From the human T2T-CHM13v2.0 reference genome, Homo sapiens, in assembly GCF_009914755.1 (NCBI RefSeq), contig NC_060928.1: DNA of 64,000 nt, one strand, 5' to 3'. Positions within the stretch are counted from its first letter, which is position 1. Each line of letters starts with the position of its first letter. Position numbers and translations under genes: made by a program. Below the pieces are notes generated by a model. The model saw only the letters and a program-made list of their open reading frames with translations, had not been told where the DNA came from and did no database searches. Of the stretch, positions 18,101 to 31,442 are shown piece after piece.

Positions 18101-18295
18101 TAGTTACTCGGTTTTCTAGGAGAAGTGTCTTAGGGACTGATGTGGCTTCGACCTGTTGCTTAGAAAAGGACAAGCCTGTCAGAAATACATATCCCTGTGG
18201 AAGAAATTAGAACATATTAGAAACAAAACCTCTGCCAAATATGCAAACTTTGCTTCAATACTTCATTTGATTTGAACAATGGAAGTGAAACTTAC

Positions 18296-18463
18296 CTTGG
18301 ACAAAATCAAGGGAACTTTACACCCTTGTCTTCCCTCTTTTCACGTACTTTCCCCTCTGCATTTGGTGGGGAAAGTCATTCGCCTGGACGAACTCTTCAG
18401 ACCTTCAGATTTACGTCTTTAACACCTGCCTATCAACTGCATGATTTTCTGTCTTTTTCTGAC
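18296..18463 (-). other. Candidate 168-nt non-coding internal exon
   Basis: Acceptor TTTTTTTTCTTTTCCAG|G (AG at 18465-18464) and donor CAAG|GTAAGT (18295-18290); stops in all three frames. Confidence 0.45.
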
Positions 18464-18558
18464 CTGGAAAAGAAAAAAAAGATTTTCTTCTCCAGACCAC
18501 ATGGCAAAGTCTTTCTGATTATCCGTTGGTCCTTAATATAACATGAAGGCAACTGTCA

Positions 18559-20023
18559 ATTTTTTTTTTTATACTTTAAGTTCTGGGATACATGTGCATA
18601 ACATGCATGCTTGTTACATAGGTATACATGTGCCATGGTGTTTGCTACACCCATCAGCCCGTCATCTACATTAGGTATTTCTCCTAATGTTCTCCCTCCC
18701 TTTTCCCTCCACCGCCTGACAGGCCCTGGTGTGTGATGTTCCCCTCTCTGGGCCCATATGTTCTCTCTGTTCAACTCCCACTTGTGAGTGAGAATGTGTG
18801 GTGTTTGGTTTTCGGTTCCTGTGTTAGTGTGCTGAGAATGATGGTTTCCAGCTTCATCCATGTCCCTGCAAAGAACATGAACTCATTCTTTTTTATGGCT
18901 GCGTAGTATTCCATGGTGTATATGTGCCACATTTTCTTAATCCAGTCTGTCATTGATGGGCATTTGGGTTGGTTCCAAGTCTTTGCTATTGTGAACAGTG
19001 CTGCAGTAAACATACGTGTGCATGTGTCTTTATAGTAGAATGATTTATAATCTTTTGGGTATATACCCAGTGATGGGATTGCTGGGTCAAACGGTATTTC
19101 TTGTTCTAGATCCTTGAGGAATCACCACACTGTTTTCCACAATGACCGAACTAATTTACACTCCCACCAACAGTGTGAAAGCATTCCTATTTCTCCACAA
19201 CCTCTTCAGCATCTGTTATTTCCTGACTTTTTGTTGTTGTTGTTGTTTTTGAGACGGAGTCTTCCTCTGTCGCCCAGGCTTGAGTACAATGGTTCGATCT
19301 TGGCTCACTGCAACCTCTGCCTCCCAGTTCAAGCGATTCTCCTGCCTCAGCCTCCCGAGTAGCGGGAATTACAGGCACTTACCATCACGGCTGGCTAATT
19401 TTTGTATTTTTAGTAGAGATGGGGTTTCACCATGTTGGCCAGGCTGATCTCGAACTCCTGACCTCTTGATCCGCCCACCTGAGCCTCCCAAAGTGTTGGG
19501 ATTACAGGTGTGAGCCACCGCTCCCTGCCTGTTTCCTGACTTTTTAATGATCACCATTCTAACTGGCGTGAGATGGTATCTCATTGTGGTTTTGATTTGC
19601 ATTTCTCTAATGACCAGAGATGATGAGCTTTTTTTCGTATGTTTGTTGGCTGCATAAATGTCTTCCTTTGAAAAGTGTCTATTCATATCCTTTGCCCACT
19701 TTTTGATGTTTTTTTGTTGTTGTTTTCTAAATTTGTTTCAGTTCCCTGTAGATTCTGGGTATTAGCCCATTGTCAGATGGATAGATTGCAAAAATTTTCT
19801 CCCATTCTGTACGTTGCCTGTTCACTCTAATGATAGTTTCTTTTGCTGTGCAGAAGCTCTTTAGTTTAATTAGATCCCATTTGTCTATTTTGGCTTTTGT
19901 TGCAATTGCTTTTGGTGTTTTAGTCATGAAGTCTTTGCCCATGCCTATGTCCTGAATGGTATTGCCTAGGTTTTATTCTAGGATTTTTATGATTTTTAGA
20001 TCCTATATTTAAGTCTTTAATCT
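18559..20023 (-). mobile_element. 5'-truncated L1PA (L1PA7/8-like): ORF2 C-terminus and 3' UTR
   Basis: ORF-track peptides [30 protein letters not shown] and TWNQPKCPS; TSD gcaa(c/t)tgtca(a/g)tttt. Confidence 0.95.
19228..19529 (-). mobile_element. AluSg-like within L1
   Basis: TSD t(a/g)tttcctgactttt. Confidence 0.95.
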
Positions 20024-22164
20024 GCAGCAATTGTCAGTTTTATTTATTCATTGCTTATCTGTATTTTCTAAAGTTGCAAGGAAAAAAATAGTATTTATTT
20101 TTAAACTTTTGTTAAAATTATTTATTTATTTATGTGGGCCAATAGAGTTTATTAACCTATTGATCTCTGAGGAAAAAATGGATATAGTGATTTGATTATA
20201 TGGTTATTTGAAATCTTTACTGAAGAAAAGTCACAAATTCTTCTATTTGAAGTTAAATATGAAGCTTCTACAAGTGACTGGACAACCTTGTTTATTTGTA
20301 CCTGTTTAGTACTTTCCACAAGTAACATTTTATCTGTAATGCTACCAAGATTTTTTAAAATAAATAACAACTCTATTTTGAAGGAATCTAAAATTTACAT
20401 GGAGAAGCAAGAACTTTTCTATAATATTTTGTGATATCGAATTTAATTTCAGGAAGGTAATCCATTTGGAATTCATACTCAAGAACAGGACAGACCAGAA
20501 GCATATAGTACAGCTCAATTGTAATTTTCCAAATGTTAATTTCATGTTGTTTCTTCCTTTGATTTTTATTCTCTTTAAAATATTTTTCATTATAATTCTC
20601 AATTCAATAGATGCCTACTTATGCAGCGCTAACATATTTTCAACTTTCATTTACACATTCTACAGATATGCATTAAACACCTACTGTATGCGAATCACTG
20701 GGTGAAGAACTGCCAAGCAGTGAACCAGTCTGGCAGGTTTGTCTGCTCTCGGGCAGCCTTCGTTCTACCAATTGAGCATTGGATAAGAAACTGTGATGCT
20801 CTGAGGTACAAAGAGGACTCAGGTGTCCCTAATCCAGTCTTCAGGACAGGCACCCTAAAGGAAATGGCCTTCACACTGGGAAAATTGAGCATGAGCAAGA
20901 GATAGCAAAGCCAGCAGGGGTGGGGTTGGAGAAGACATCTCAGACAGAACAGCACAGGCAGAGAACAGTCTACAGCCTTACAGGACACGTTAGTTTCAAG
21001 CCTTTAACTTGGGGAAAAACAGATGCTATTGAAAGTTTTCATCATGGGAGTGACACGCAGGGCTGCTGCATGTTACCACACACATTACAACATGCATGTT
21101 ACAACACCTTATTGTACACAGGATGGTACCTGGGATGCATGAAGAAGAGTACCTCATTTAAGTGAGTGCTACTCACATTGTGGACATCTGATATTTATAT
21201 ATTTATTAGAGTGGTTTTCTGGTAGATGGAGATAAAATGGCTTGTTCTAACAAAATAAGTATCTTCTGACAATTTTTTGACAGATGGAAGTAAATTGTCT
21301 TGAGGAAAGGGCCTTTTAAAAATTTATACAAAGGCAGTGGATCCGGCTAGCAGCAGACTCTGGCTGTAACCGTTTGCATTTTAAAATACCCCTCTCATGA
21401 ACATTTGGAGAGTAAATCAGGAGAAGGAGGTGGCTGTGGGATGCCATTTAGGAGGCTCTTGTGTTGTCTGTGTGAGGCATGATGGTGGTTTGGATTAGGA
21501 TGGTGACATAAGGTGAAAGACAAGTAGACGTGAGAGATATTTAGTGAGGAAAATCAACAGGCCTTGACAGTTGAACAGATGTAGGTTAGAGATTCCTAGA
21601 TTTCTGGCTCTTAATTTATCAATTTCACTTGTGATTTTAATAGAAATTAATCATCTAGCTCTCAGATGTCTAGCTACTCTCCTGACAAGCCAAGGGACTC
21701 CCTTAACAAGACCTGATTTCTTTATTCAAGGTTGAAATGCATCTCTTGGTATTCTGCTTCAGTCAGCTTTGGCCTTTTTTGGCTGCCGAAACAATCGAAA
21801 ACTGTTATGCAGTTGGTGTCTGTTATAATCCTCAGTTTGCATTGGACTGTCCTATTTTTTCATTTCTCCAGCTGCTGAATAGCTGAATTCCTTATGATTA
21901 CATCCTCCCCCTCTCTAGTGCTCTCTAGAAGCTTAAGCTCAGGATTTTCCATGGAAATTCATTTAGTTATTTCCTCTTCATTATCATACACTCTTCAATT
22001 CAACTCTTTTGAATTTTTCTTCTGTTCTCTGATGAGTTTATGCTTTCTAACTTGGTCATGGCTGAAAATATCATTAACCTGCTGCTGTTTTCTGTATTTG
22101 TCATTAATAACAACGTTGGAAATTTGGTTTGACTCCCACCCTGAGGAGCTAGGCAGTGGGCATG

Positions 22165-22213
22165 CACACGCACACACACACACACACACACTCACACACA
22201 CACACACACACAC
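22165..22213. repeat. Imperfect (CA)n microsatellite
   Basis: Direct reading. Confidence 0.95.
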
Positions 22214-23338
22214 TCACTCCAGCTCAAATGCTTTGCAATTGGAAACACCATTCCTCTTCAGGCCTTTGTAAGAATTATTATGAGTGTTGATAGCAATTCA
22301 ATTCTGATTAAGTTTATTAAAAAGTAACCAACATCTCATGTACATTCAAAAGTGTTCCCTCTTTCATTAATTATATAATTGAGCAAAAAGTTATTTTATC
22401 TAAAATGTTTAAAGCCTGGCCACTTTACTATGCTTCTTTTTCGATAACTTAAACATACCAATTTCTCTATATAATAATTTTTAATCATTTGACTTTGAGG
22501 ATTCTACTTTAATGGAAAATAGGAAAAATGGATGTCATAATACATTCTCAGTAGGGACTTATCAGCAAACAGAAACAATCTACAAATTTCATGGAGGAGT
22601 TTGATGGTGGTTACATTTGCCACAAGACATGGTGGTTTCCGATGCCCAGATGATGACCTGCCCTCGACCACTGCAGATTTAGTGTGTTCTTTGCTCCATT
22701 AGCAGCAGGGACTATGGGAAAGACATTTCAATAAGATTAGAAAACAAAAAAACAGGGTGGGGCCTTTGGTTAACACATGGTTAACAGACTATTCAAGGAG
22801 AAGATAACAGCATAACTGAAGTATTTCAGGTAATCGGGATTTTAACTGCACTCAACTCACCATGGTGAACTCGCCCTTAGAAAACACTTTTCAGCTATGG
22901 GTGATGACGACTTTTCAATTTTCTTCCTCTTATTTTCCTTGATGTCTACCTTCTGTGCATATGGTCATTAAGGAATGCCAAAAGGTGATGTAAGAAAAGT
23001 AGAAGAAAATGACATTATTGTATGGCATTCTCTACAAAGAAATATGGGCAGTGGAGGAATAATTGTCTCATATAACTTTGGGATTATATGTAAATTTCTA
23101 TTACTAATTGCTGTCTAACTTTCATTTATATAAATTTCTGCATCTACTGTATTTTAACTACACAAATTAATATACTTTCAAAAGATTACTGAGTTCTGTT
23201 TCTCCTTTCAACATTCAAGATGTTGGGTTTTTGTACAGTGGGGTCCTCTGCAATATTGGCTTGCAAGAAAAAGTGACCACGTTAGAGCATTCCTAACAGT
23301 GCATGGAGAAATGACACAAGGCAATATGCTAGCACACA

Positions 23339-23491
23339 AACATTGTCAGTGTTTCCAACTCTAGTCAGGTACTATAAGGTAGACAGCTCAACTGAAGACT
23401 ATGATGGGGGTTTGTGCTATCAGATGTCAGAAAGATATTCTTGTAGGAAGAAAAGAACAAACTTTTTTAAAGTAGCATCTCTCAATATTAT
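23339..23491 (+). repeat. Dispersed direct repeat, copy A (~150 bp)
   Basis: Aligns with 29876-30029; 32-bp exact core at 23409-23440. Confidence 0.92.
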
Positions 23492-23962
23492 TCTGAGTAA
23501 ATGGTTCCAAGAAAGCAGAAACAAGTTTATTACATAGGAGCTTCAGGACTAAATGGAAATCCAGGCTCAGGGCTTGCAGGAAGAGGGTTAGAAGCCAGAG
23601 GCTCAGAACCCAGTTGAGAAGGTGGAGCAGGAGGAGCAAAAGGAAGTCATCAAGTGAAAAGACACAGTGGGAGTCAGAAAATACCAAAACCAATAGCCAG
23701 GTCTTTGGGAGCTTCAAGAGCAGTGATATACACATAATCAAAGACTAGGTCTTGAGAGTCACAACCACTGAAGGATATTTAAGAAAGAGATTTTAAAAGG
23801 TTCCTCAGGAAACGTTGTTGAGTGCCTGTGGTGGGGTTCCACTAATGAGCTTCAAGTGTGCATCACACACACACACACACATTATTTTTCCTAAAAAAGG
23901 TATCGTAGCTTTCATTAGATTTTCAAAGGGGTTACCAACATCTCAAAGAACTAAACCCACAG

Positions 23963-24051
23963 TGTTGTAAAGGCCTTCCTAGAAGCTAAGGATACGTATG
24001 AATGGTATGTTGTAAAGGTCCTCCTGGAAGCTAAGGATATGTATGAATGGT
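23963..24051. repeat. 45-bp tandem duplication
   Basis: tgttgtaaagg..gctaaggata(c/t)gtatgaatggt twice, 4 mismatches. Confidence 0.92.
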
Positions 24052-24522
24052 CATTAAATTATGATATCTGGGAGCAAATACGTGTACCAAAGGAAGACTG
24101 ACAATCCCACATTGATGAAGACCATCACCAGCCTCCATGTGTTGGAAATTTAACTGCCAAACAAATGTGTAACACTGATTTTTCTGTATGTGATGAAAAT
24201 GTCTATTCTGCTCACAGTTAATCTCTACTTCTGGACACTCCTGCTTTCTATAGAAGGTGATTAGATTAGAAAAAAAGTATCTGAATGTTGAAAGAGAAAC
24301 TGGGTATCATAAAATTAATTATTGAATGTTGCCAATATCACAAAAATACAAAAGATAATTCAAGGCTACTATGAACACGTTTATGTGCATAAACTAGGAA
24401 ACCTAAAGGAGATGGATAAATTCCTGGAAATACACAACCCTCCTAGATTAACCAGGAAGAAACAGAAACTCTGAACAAACCAACAACAAGCAGCGAGATT
24501 GAAATAGTATTAAAAAAATTTG

Positions 24523-24618
24523 CCAGGAGGCGGAGGTTGCAGTGAGCTGAGATCACACCACTGCACTCCAGCGTGGGCGGCAGAGTGAGACTCCATCTCA
24601 AAAAAAAAAAAAAAAAAA
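24523..24618 (+). mobile_element. 5'-truncated Alu (3' ~75 bp plus tail)
   Basis: ccaggaggcggaggttgcagtgag...ctccatctc then A run. Confidence 0.9.
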
Positions 24619-24623
24619 TTGCC

Positions 24624-24819
24624 CCAGGGCCTGTCAGGGGCATGGGGGACAAGAGGAGGGGAGCATTAGGACAAATACCTAATGCATGCGGGGCTTAAAA
24701 CCTAGATGACGGGTTGATAGGTTGATAGGTGCAGCAAACCACCACGGCACTTGTATACCTATGTAACAAACCTGTATGTTCTGCACAGGCATCCCAGAAC
24801 TTAAAGCAAAAAAAAAAAA
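24624..24819 (+). mobile_element. Short L1PA 3' end (L1PA8-10-like)
   Basis: gcattaggacaaatacctaatgcatgcggggcttaaaacctagatgacggg..cccagaacttaaag. Confidence 0.88.
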
Positions 24820-25135
24820 GTATTTGACATTAAAAAAAGTTGCCAACAAAAAGAAAGTCCAGGACCAGATGGATTCACAGCTGAATTCTATCAGACATCC
24901 AAGTAAGAACTGGTACCAACGCTATTGACACTATTCCACAAGACAGAGAAAGAGGGAATCCCCTCTAAATTATTCTATGAAGCCAACATCACCCTAATAT
25001 CAAAACCAGGAAAGGACATAACAACAAAAAAAGCTACAGACCAATATCCCTGATGAACATAGATGCAAACATTCTTGACAAAATACTATCTAACAGAATC
25101 CAATAGCATATCAAAAAGATAATTCATGATTATGA

Positions 25136-25550
<415 letters not shown>

Positions 25551-27561
25551 TCAATAGATGCAGAGAAAGCATTTGACAAAACCCAGCAACCTTTATGATT
25601 AAAACACTCAGCAAAATTGGCATAGAAGGGACATACTTTAATGTAATAAAAGTAATCTATGACAAACCCACTGCCAACATTATTCTGAATGGGGAAAAGC
25701 TGAAAGCATTCCCCCTGAGAACTAGAATAAGACAAGGATGCCCACTCTTACCTCTTCTATTCAACATGGTACTGAAAGTCCTAGCCAGACAAATCAGACA
25801 AGAGAAAGAAATAAAGGGCATCCAAATCAGTAAAGAGGAAGTCAAACTTTCACTGTTTGCTGATAGTACGATTGTATACCTAGAATACTATAAAGACGCC
25901 TCAAAAAATCTCCCAGAACTGATAGAAAAAAATTCAGCAAAGTTTCAGGATACAAAATTAATACGCACAAATTAGTAGCTCTGCTACACACCAACAGTGA
26001 CCAAGCTGAGAATCAAATCAATAACTCAATCCTTTTTACAATAGCTGTAAAAAAAAATACTTAGGAATATACCTAACCAGGGAGATGAAAGATCTCTACA
26101 AAGAAAACTACAAAACATTGCTGAATGAACTCATAGACAACACAAACAAGTGGAGACACATCCCATGCTCATGGTTGGGTAGAATCAATATTGTAAAAAT
26201 GACCATCTGCCAAAAGCAATATACAAATTCAATGCAACTCCCATCAAAATACCACCATCATTCTTCACAGAACTAGAAAAAAAATCATAAATTTCATATG
26301 GAACCAAAAAAGGGCCTGCATATCCAAAGCAAGATTAAGCAAAGAGAACAAATCTGGTGACACTACAGTACCTGACTTCAAACTATACTATAAGGCCACA
26401 GACACCAAAAGAGCATAGTACTGGTGTGAAAATAGGCACATAGACCAATGGAACACAATAGAGAACTCAGAAATAAAGCCAAATACTTATAGCTAACCAA
26501 TTTTCAAGAAAGCAAACAAAAACATAAAGTGAGAAAAGGACACCCTATTCAACAAATGGTGCTGGGATAATTGGCAAGCCACAGGTAAAAGAATGAAATT
26601 GGATCCTCATCTCTCACCTTATACAAAAATTACTCAAGATGGATCAAAGACTTAAATCTAAGACTTGAAACCATAACAATTCTAGAAGATAACATTAGAA
26701 AAACCCTTTTAGACACTGACTTAGGCAAAGACTTTATGACCAAGAACCCAAAAGCAAATGAAACAAAAACAAAGATAAACAGATGGTACTTAATTAAACT
26801 AAAAGTCTTCTGCACAACAAAAGAAGCAATCAGCAGAGTAAACAGACAACCCACAAAGTGGGAGAAAATCTTTGCAATCTATATATTTGACAAAATACTA
26901 ATATCCAGAATTTAGGAGGAACTCAAACAAATCAACAAGAAAAAAACAAACAATCTCATCAAAAAGTGGGCTAAGGACATGAATAGACAATTCTCAAAAG
27001 AAGACATACAAATTGCCAACAAACATGAAAAAATGCTCAGTATCACTAATGATCAGGAAAATACAAATTAAACCTACAATGTGGTACCACCTTACTCCCA
27101 CAAGAATAGCCACAAAAAATAAAAAAATAATAAATGTTGGTGTGAAAGTGATGAAAAGGGAACACTTTCACACTGCTGGTGGGAATGTAAACAAGTACAA
27201 CCAGTATGGGAAAGTATGGTGATTCCTTAAAGAATTAAAAGTAGAACTACCGTTTGACCCAGCAATCCCACTACTGTGTATCTATCCAGAGGAAAAGAAG
27301 TCATTATAGGAAAAAAGATACTTGTACACACATGTTTATAGCAGCGCAATTCACAATTGCAAAGATATGGAACCAGTCCAAATGCCCATCAGCCAAAGAG
27401 AAAATAAAGAAATTGTGGTATATATATACACCATGAAATACTACTCAGCCATAAAAAGGAACAAAATAATGGCATTCATAGTGACCTGTATGGAAATGGA
27501 GACCATTATTCTAAGTGAAGTAGCTCAGGAATGGCAAACCAAACATTGTATGTTCTCACTA

Positions 27562-27915
<354 letters not shown>

Positions 27916-27921
27916 GAATGA

Positions 27922-28357
<436 letters not shown>

Positions 28358-29875
28358 CACCACCAAAGAACTTAACCAAGTACCACCTGTTCCCCAAAAA
28401 CCTATTGAAATAAAAAATAAATAAAATTATTGTGTGTTAAATAAATACTTCTATAAACAAATAGAAGGCATTTTTGTCAGCTCAGTAAGAAATAAACACA
28501 CAGACTAAAAACCAATGCTGCTGGCTGCCATCAAGTGACTACCTGAAATGTCTTATAGTGGCGAAGTAAATTCACAAATTTCCATTATAGGGAGACATTT
28601 AATATCTGTATTTTACAGACTTAGCTCACATAATAACACTACTAAATGTCCCTTTCTATTAACATTTCAGTTAAATTTTCCTCCAAAGTGATATGTTCAA
28701 GTGGAGGTTTCAGTAAAATTGACACATTTGGCATATAAATTAATCATCAGGCCTAATTATGCCAGTAGGTTTGTTTTTTAAATCGGGAAATTGGCACAAT
28801 ATATGTATAAGTTGTTGCCAAGACACGTATTATATATTTGTAATCATTGAATATTGCTCTAAATTATTAGTAGTGAGTAATATCAGAAATAAATTTAATA
28901 GATTACCTTAATTAAATAGTATGTATTTACAAAACAATAAGAGAAAAAATTGTAGAGATATTTAGTTGCACCTGTTCAATGATTAGTTTACCAAAAAAAC
29001 TGAGATTTGTATATGCCGAGCTGTGCATGTAAATGTATTATGATGCTATGCTAATGGCTTAAGAGAGGGAATATTCTTTTAAAAAGTTTATTTTACATAT
29101 ATAACGTAAGTATACTGAATTGGAATTATATAGGGAAGATGACAAAATATAAAACAATTTAGACTAAATTATCATCATTCTGAAGTTTCACGAGGTTATA
29201 GATAGAAAATAGCCATGATTTAGGTTTGTTTATTCCCTATTTTTTCATTGTTTCTCACTAAGATTTATTTGGAAATAAATGAAAATAATACTGAATAGAT
29301 TTTTATTTAAAACCAGCAAAATTCTTTTATTATTTTTTTCTTAAGTCTTATCACACCAAAGTTTAAATGAAGGGAAAATTGAAGAAGAAAGAGAGATAAT
29401 TGATATAAATAGCACAGAAGAGTAGAAAGCAAGAAGACTGCTTTAGGCTACTAATTAAAAGAGACAAGATAATTTGCAGTGGTGTGGATTCAAGAATAAA
29501 GAGAAAAAGAATACAACAAATTATTCTTGATGGGAATTAAGACTGCTTTTAGTAGTAATTCTTATATTAGAATGTAAGTATGACTCTAATTAAAATAATA
29601 CCCACAGTTGTCAAGTAGAAATATGCCTGTAAAATTAGCATATTGACAAGACTCGTATTTTTTCCAAAATGTACTTGTACCATTATTCTCCAACAGTCTA
29701 ACACATTTAATGGTATTTGGAAACCTATTAGAAAAGGTGTAAGTATTGCATTCCAAAGGCTATTTAAAACCTTTCCCAAGAGCACACAATTTCCATAAGA
29801 CTAGATAAAAAACTTCTTATTTTTACGAGTGCATTTTACCTCAATATAAAGCAAATGCAATACACTGTCTCATGC

Positions 29876-30029
29876 AACATTGTTAATTTTTCCAACTTAA
29901 ATCAAAGAGGCTATAAGGTAGATAACTCAACTGAAGACTGTGATGGTGGTTTGTGCTATCAGATGTCAGAAAGATATTCCTGCAGGGAGAAAAGAACTAA
30001 CATTCTAGAGTAGCAGCTTTCAGTGTTAT
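29876..30029 (+). repeat. Dispersed direct repeat, copy B (~150 bp)
   Basis: Aligns with 23339-23491; exact core at 29948-29979. Confidence 0.92.
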
Positions 30030-30867
30030 CTGTGTTATCTCCTCAAAAACCTCACAAAATCCCTGTGAGGCAGTTACTGTTACCATTTTACATACCAGGA
30101 AACTGAGTTTCAGAAAAAGGTTATGTAACATTTCCAAAAGTTGATCTAATTAGTACATACCTGGCAAACTACAGAAACAACCAGCTATTCAAATAATTGA
30201 TCTTTAGCAAAATATTAAATTGTCAAATATCTAAACAATAACTTAAAGCTACTGCAGTAATTAATTTGAAAATAATTCAACATATTTAAAAATTTTATCT
30301 TCCCCATTATATATGTAATAAAGATGATTAGAATAAATTTGAAAACAATGAAAGAAAGAAAGAAAACCACAGTATTGATATGATTTAAAGAAAGCCTCTC
30401 AGTATTTTTGTGAGATCCTCTTCGGTGTTCTTTTTCTTTTCATTCTCTGTTGTTCTTTCTGTTCTTTTTGTTTTCTTGGTGTTAATATTTGTGGTTATAA
30501 TATATTATATTTATATTTAATATAAATTTATGTTTAATTCTGCTTCCAAGCTACTTTAAACCTAAGTATATGATTAACTGATTCTAGTAATTTATCAAGT
30601 AAATGTACCATAAATTATTTAACTCTTGAAGCATATTTAACATTTAATGGTCTCCCATGTTTTGCTATTATAAACAATACCAAGCTGAACAACTTGCACA
30701 TAAAGTCTTTTAAACACTGTACTTTAGATAGATTTTTCAGAAGTTAAATCACTAAATATATTTAGAGCTTTTGATAAATTTAGTCAAATTCCTTTTTAAA
30801 AAGTTAAGCCAATTTATGCAAAAGAGATAAACATTCAAATGTTTACATTACGTTAGCCTGGGAGCAG

Positions 30868-31287
30868 CTCCTTGGCTGCAGCACCTGATGAAAGCCTTCT
30901 TCTTTGGCAATACTCATCATATCAGTACTCATTGTATCAGTACTCATCACATCAGTACTCATCATATCAGTACTCATCGTATCAGTACTCATCCTATCAG
31001 TACTCATCGCATCAGTACTCATCATATCAGTACTCATCGTATCAGTACTCATCGTATCAGTACTCATCACATCAGTACTCATCGCATCAATACTCATCAC
31101 ATCAGTACTCATCGTATCAGTACTCATTGTATCAGTACTCATCACATCAGTACTCATCGCATCAGTACTCATCGCATCAATACTCATCACATCAGTACTC
31201 ATCACATCAGTACTCATCACATCAGTGATTAGCTTTCTGTGCAGTGAGCAGCAGGACCTAGATGGAACCCCTGGTGTTTCAGTAACA
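30868..31287 (+). mobile_element. 3' fragment of a LOR1-like LTR containing the minisatellite
   Basis: Flanks match the reverse complement of 11995-12080; ends ..gtttcagtaaca. Confidence 0.8.
30911..31225. repeat. Minisatellite, 21 x 15 bp, TACTCAT(CAT/TGT/CAC/CGT/CCT/CGC)ATCAG
   Basis: Units counted directly; no indels; two units end CAA. Confidence 0.99.
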
Positions 31288-31365
31288 CCAATATTCCATC
31301 TCTGTCAGCAGGAAGAATTTAGAGAAATGCAGAAGAATTATGCTTTTGTACTTGTTCAAACTTAC

Positions 31366-31442
31366 CCATGAAAACAAAAATAGCCAGGGTTGGTTATCTT
31401 ATAATTAATCTTTTCTTTTTTCTAAGTCTGAACTTCGGCCAA
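31366..31442 (-). other. Candidate 77-nt exon
   Basis: Branch-like CTCAT then TTTCCCTGTCTGCAG| acceptor; donor ATGG|GTAAGT (31365-31360). Confidence 0.35.

Noticed and set aside
23372-23460. Duplicated segment as a box C/D snoRNA or a pair of LTRs
   Set aside because: No proper RTGATGA..CTGA arrangement with terminal stem; no TG..CA ends, PBS or retroviral interior
30911-31225. CRISPR-like array (constant 12 bp plus variable 3 bp)
   Set aside because: No real spacers, period only 15 bp, variation explained by CpG decay, no cas genes, primate context
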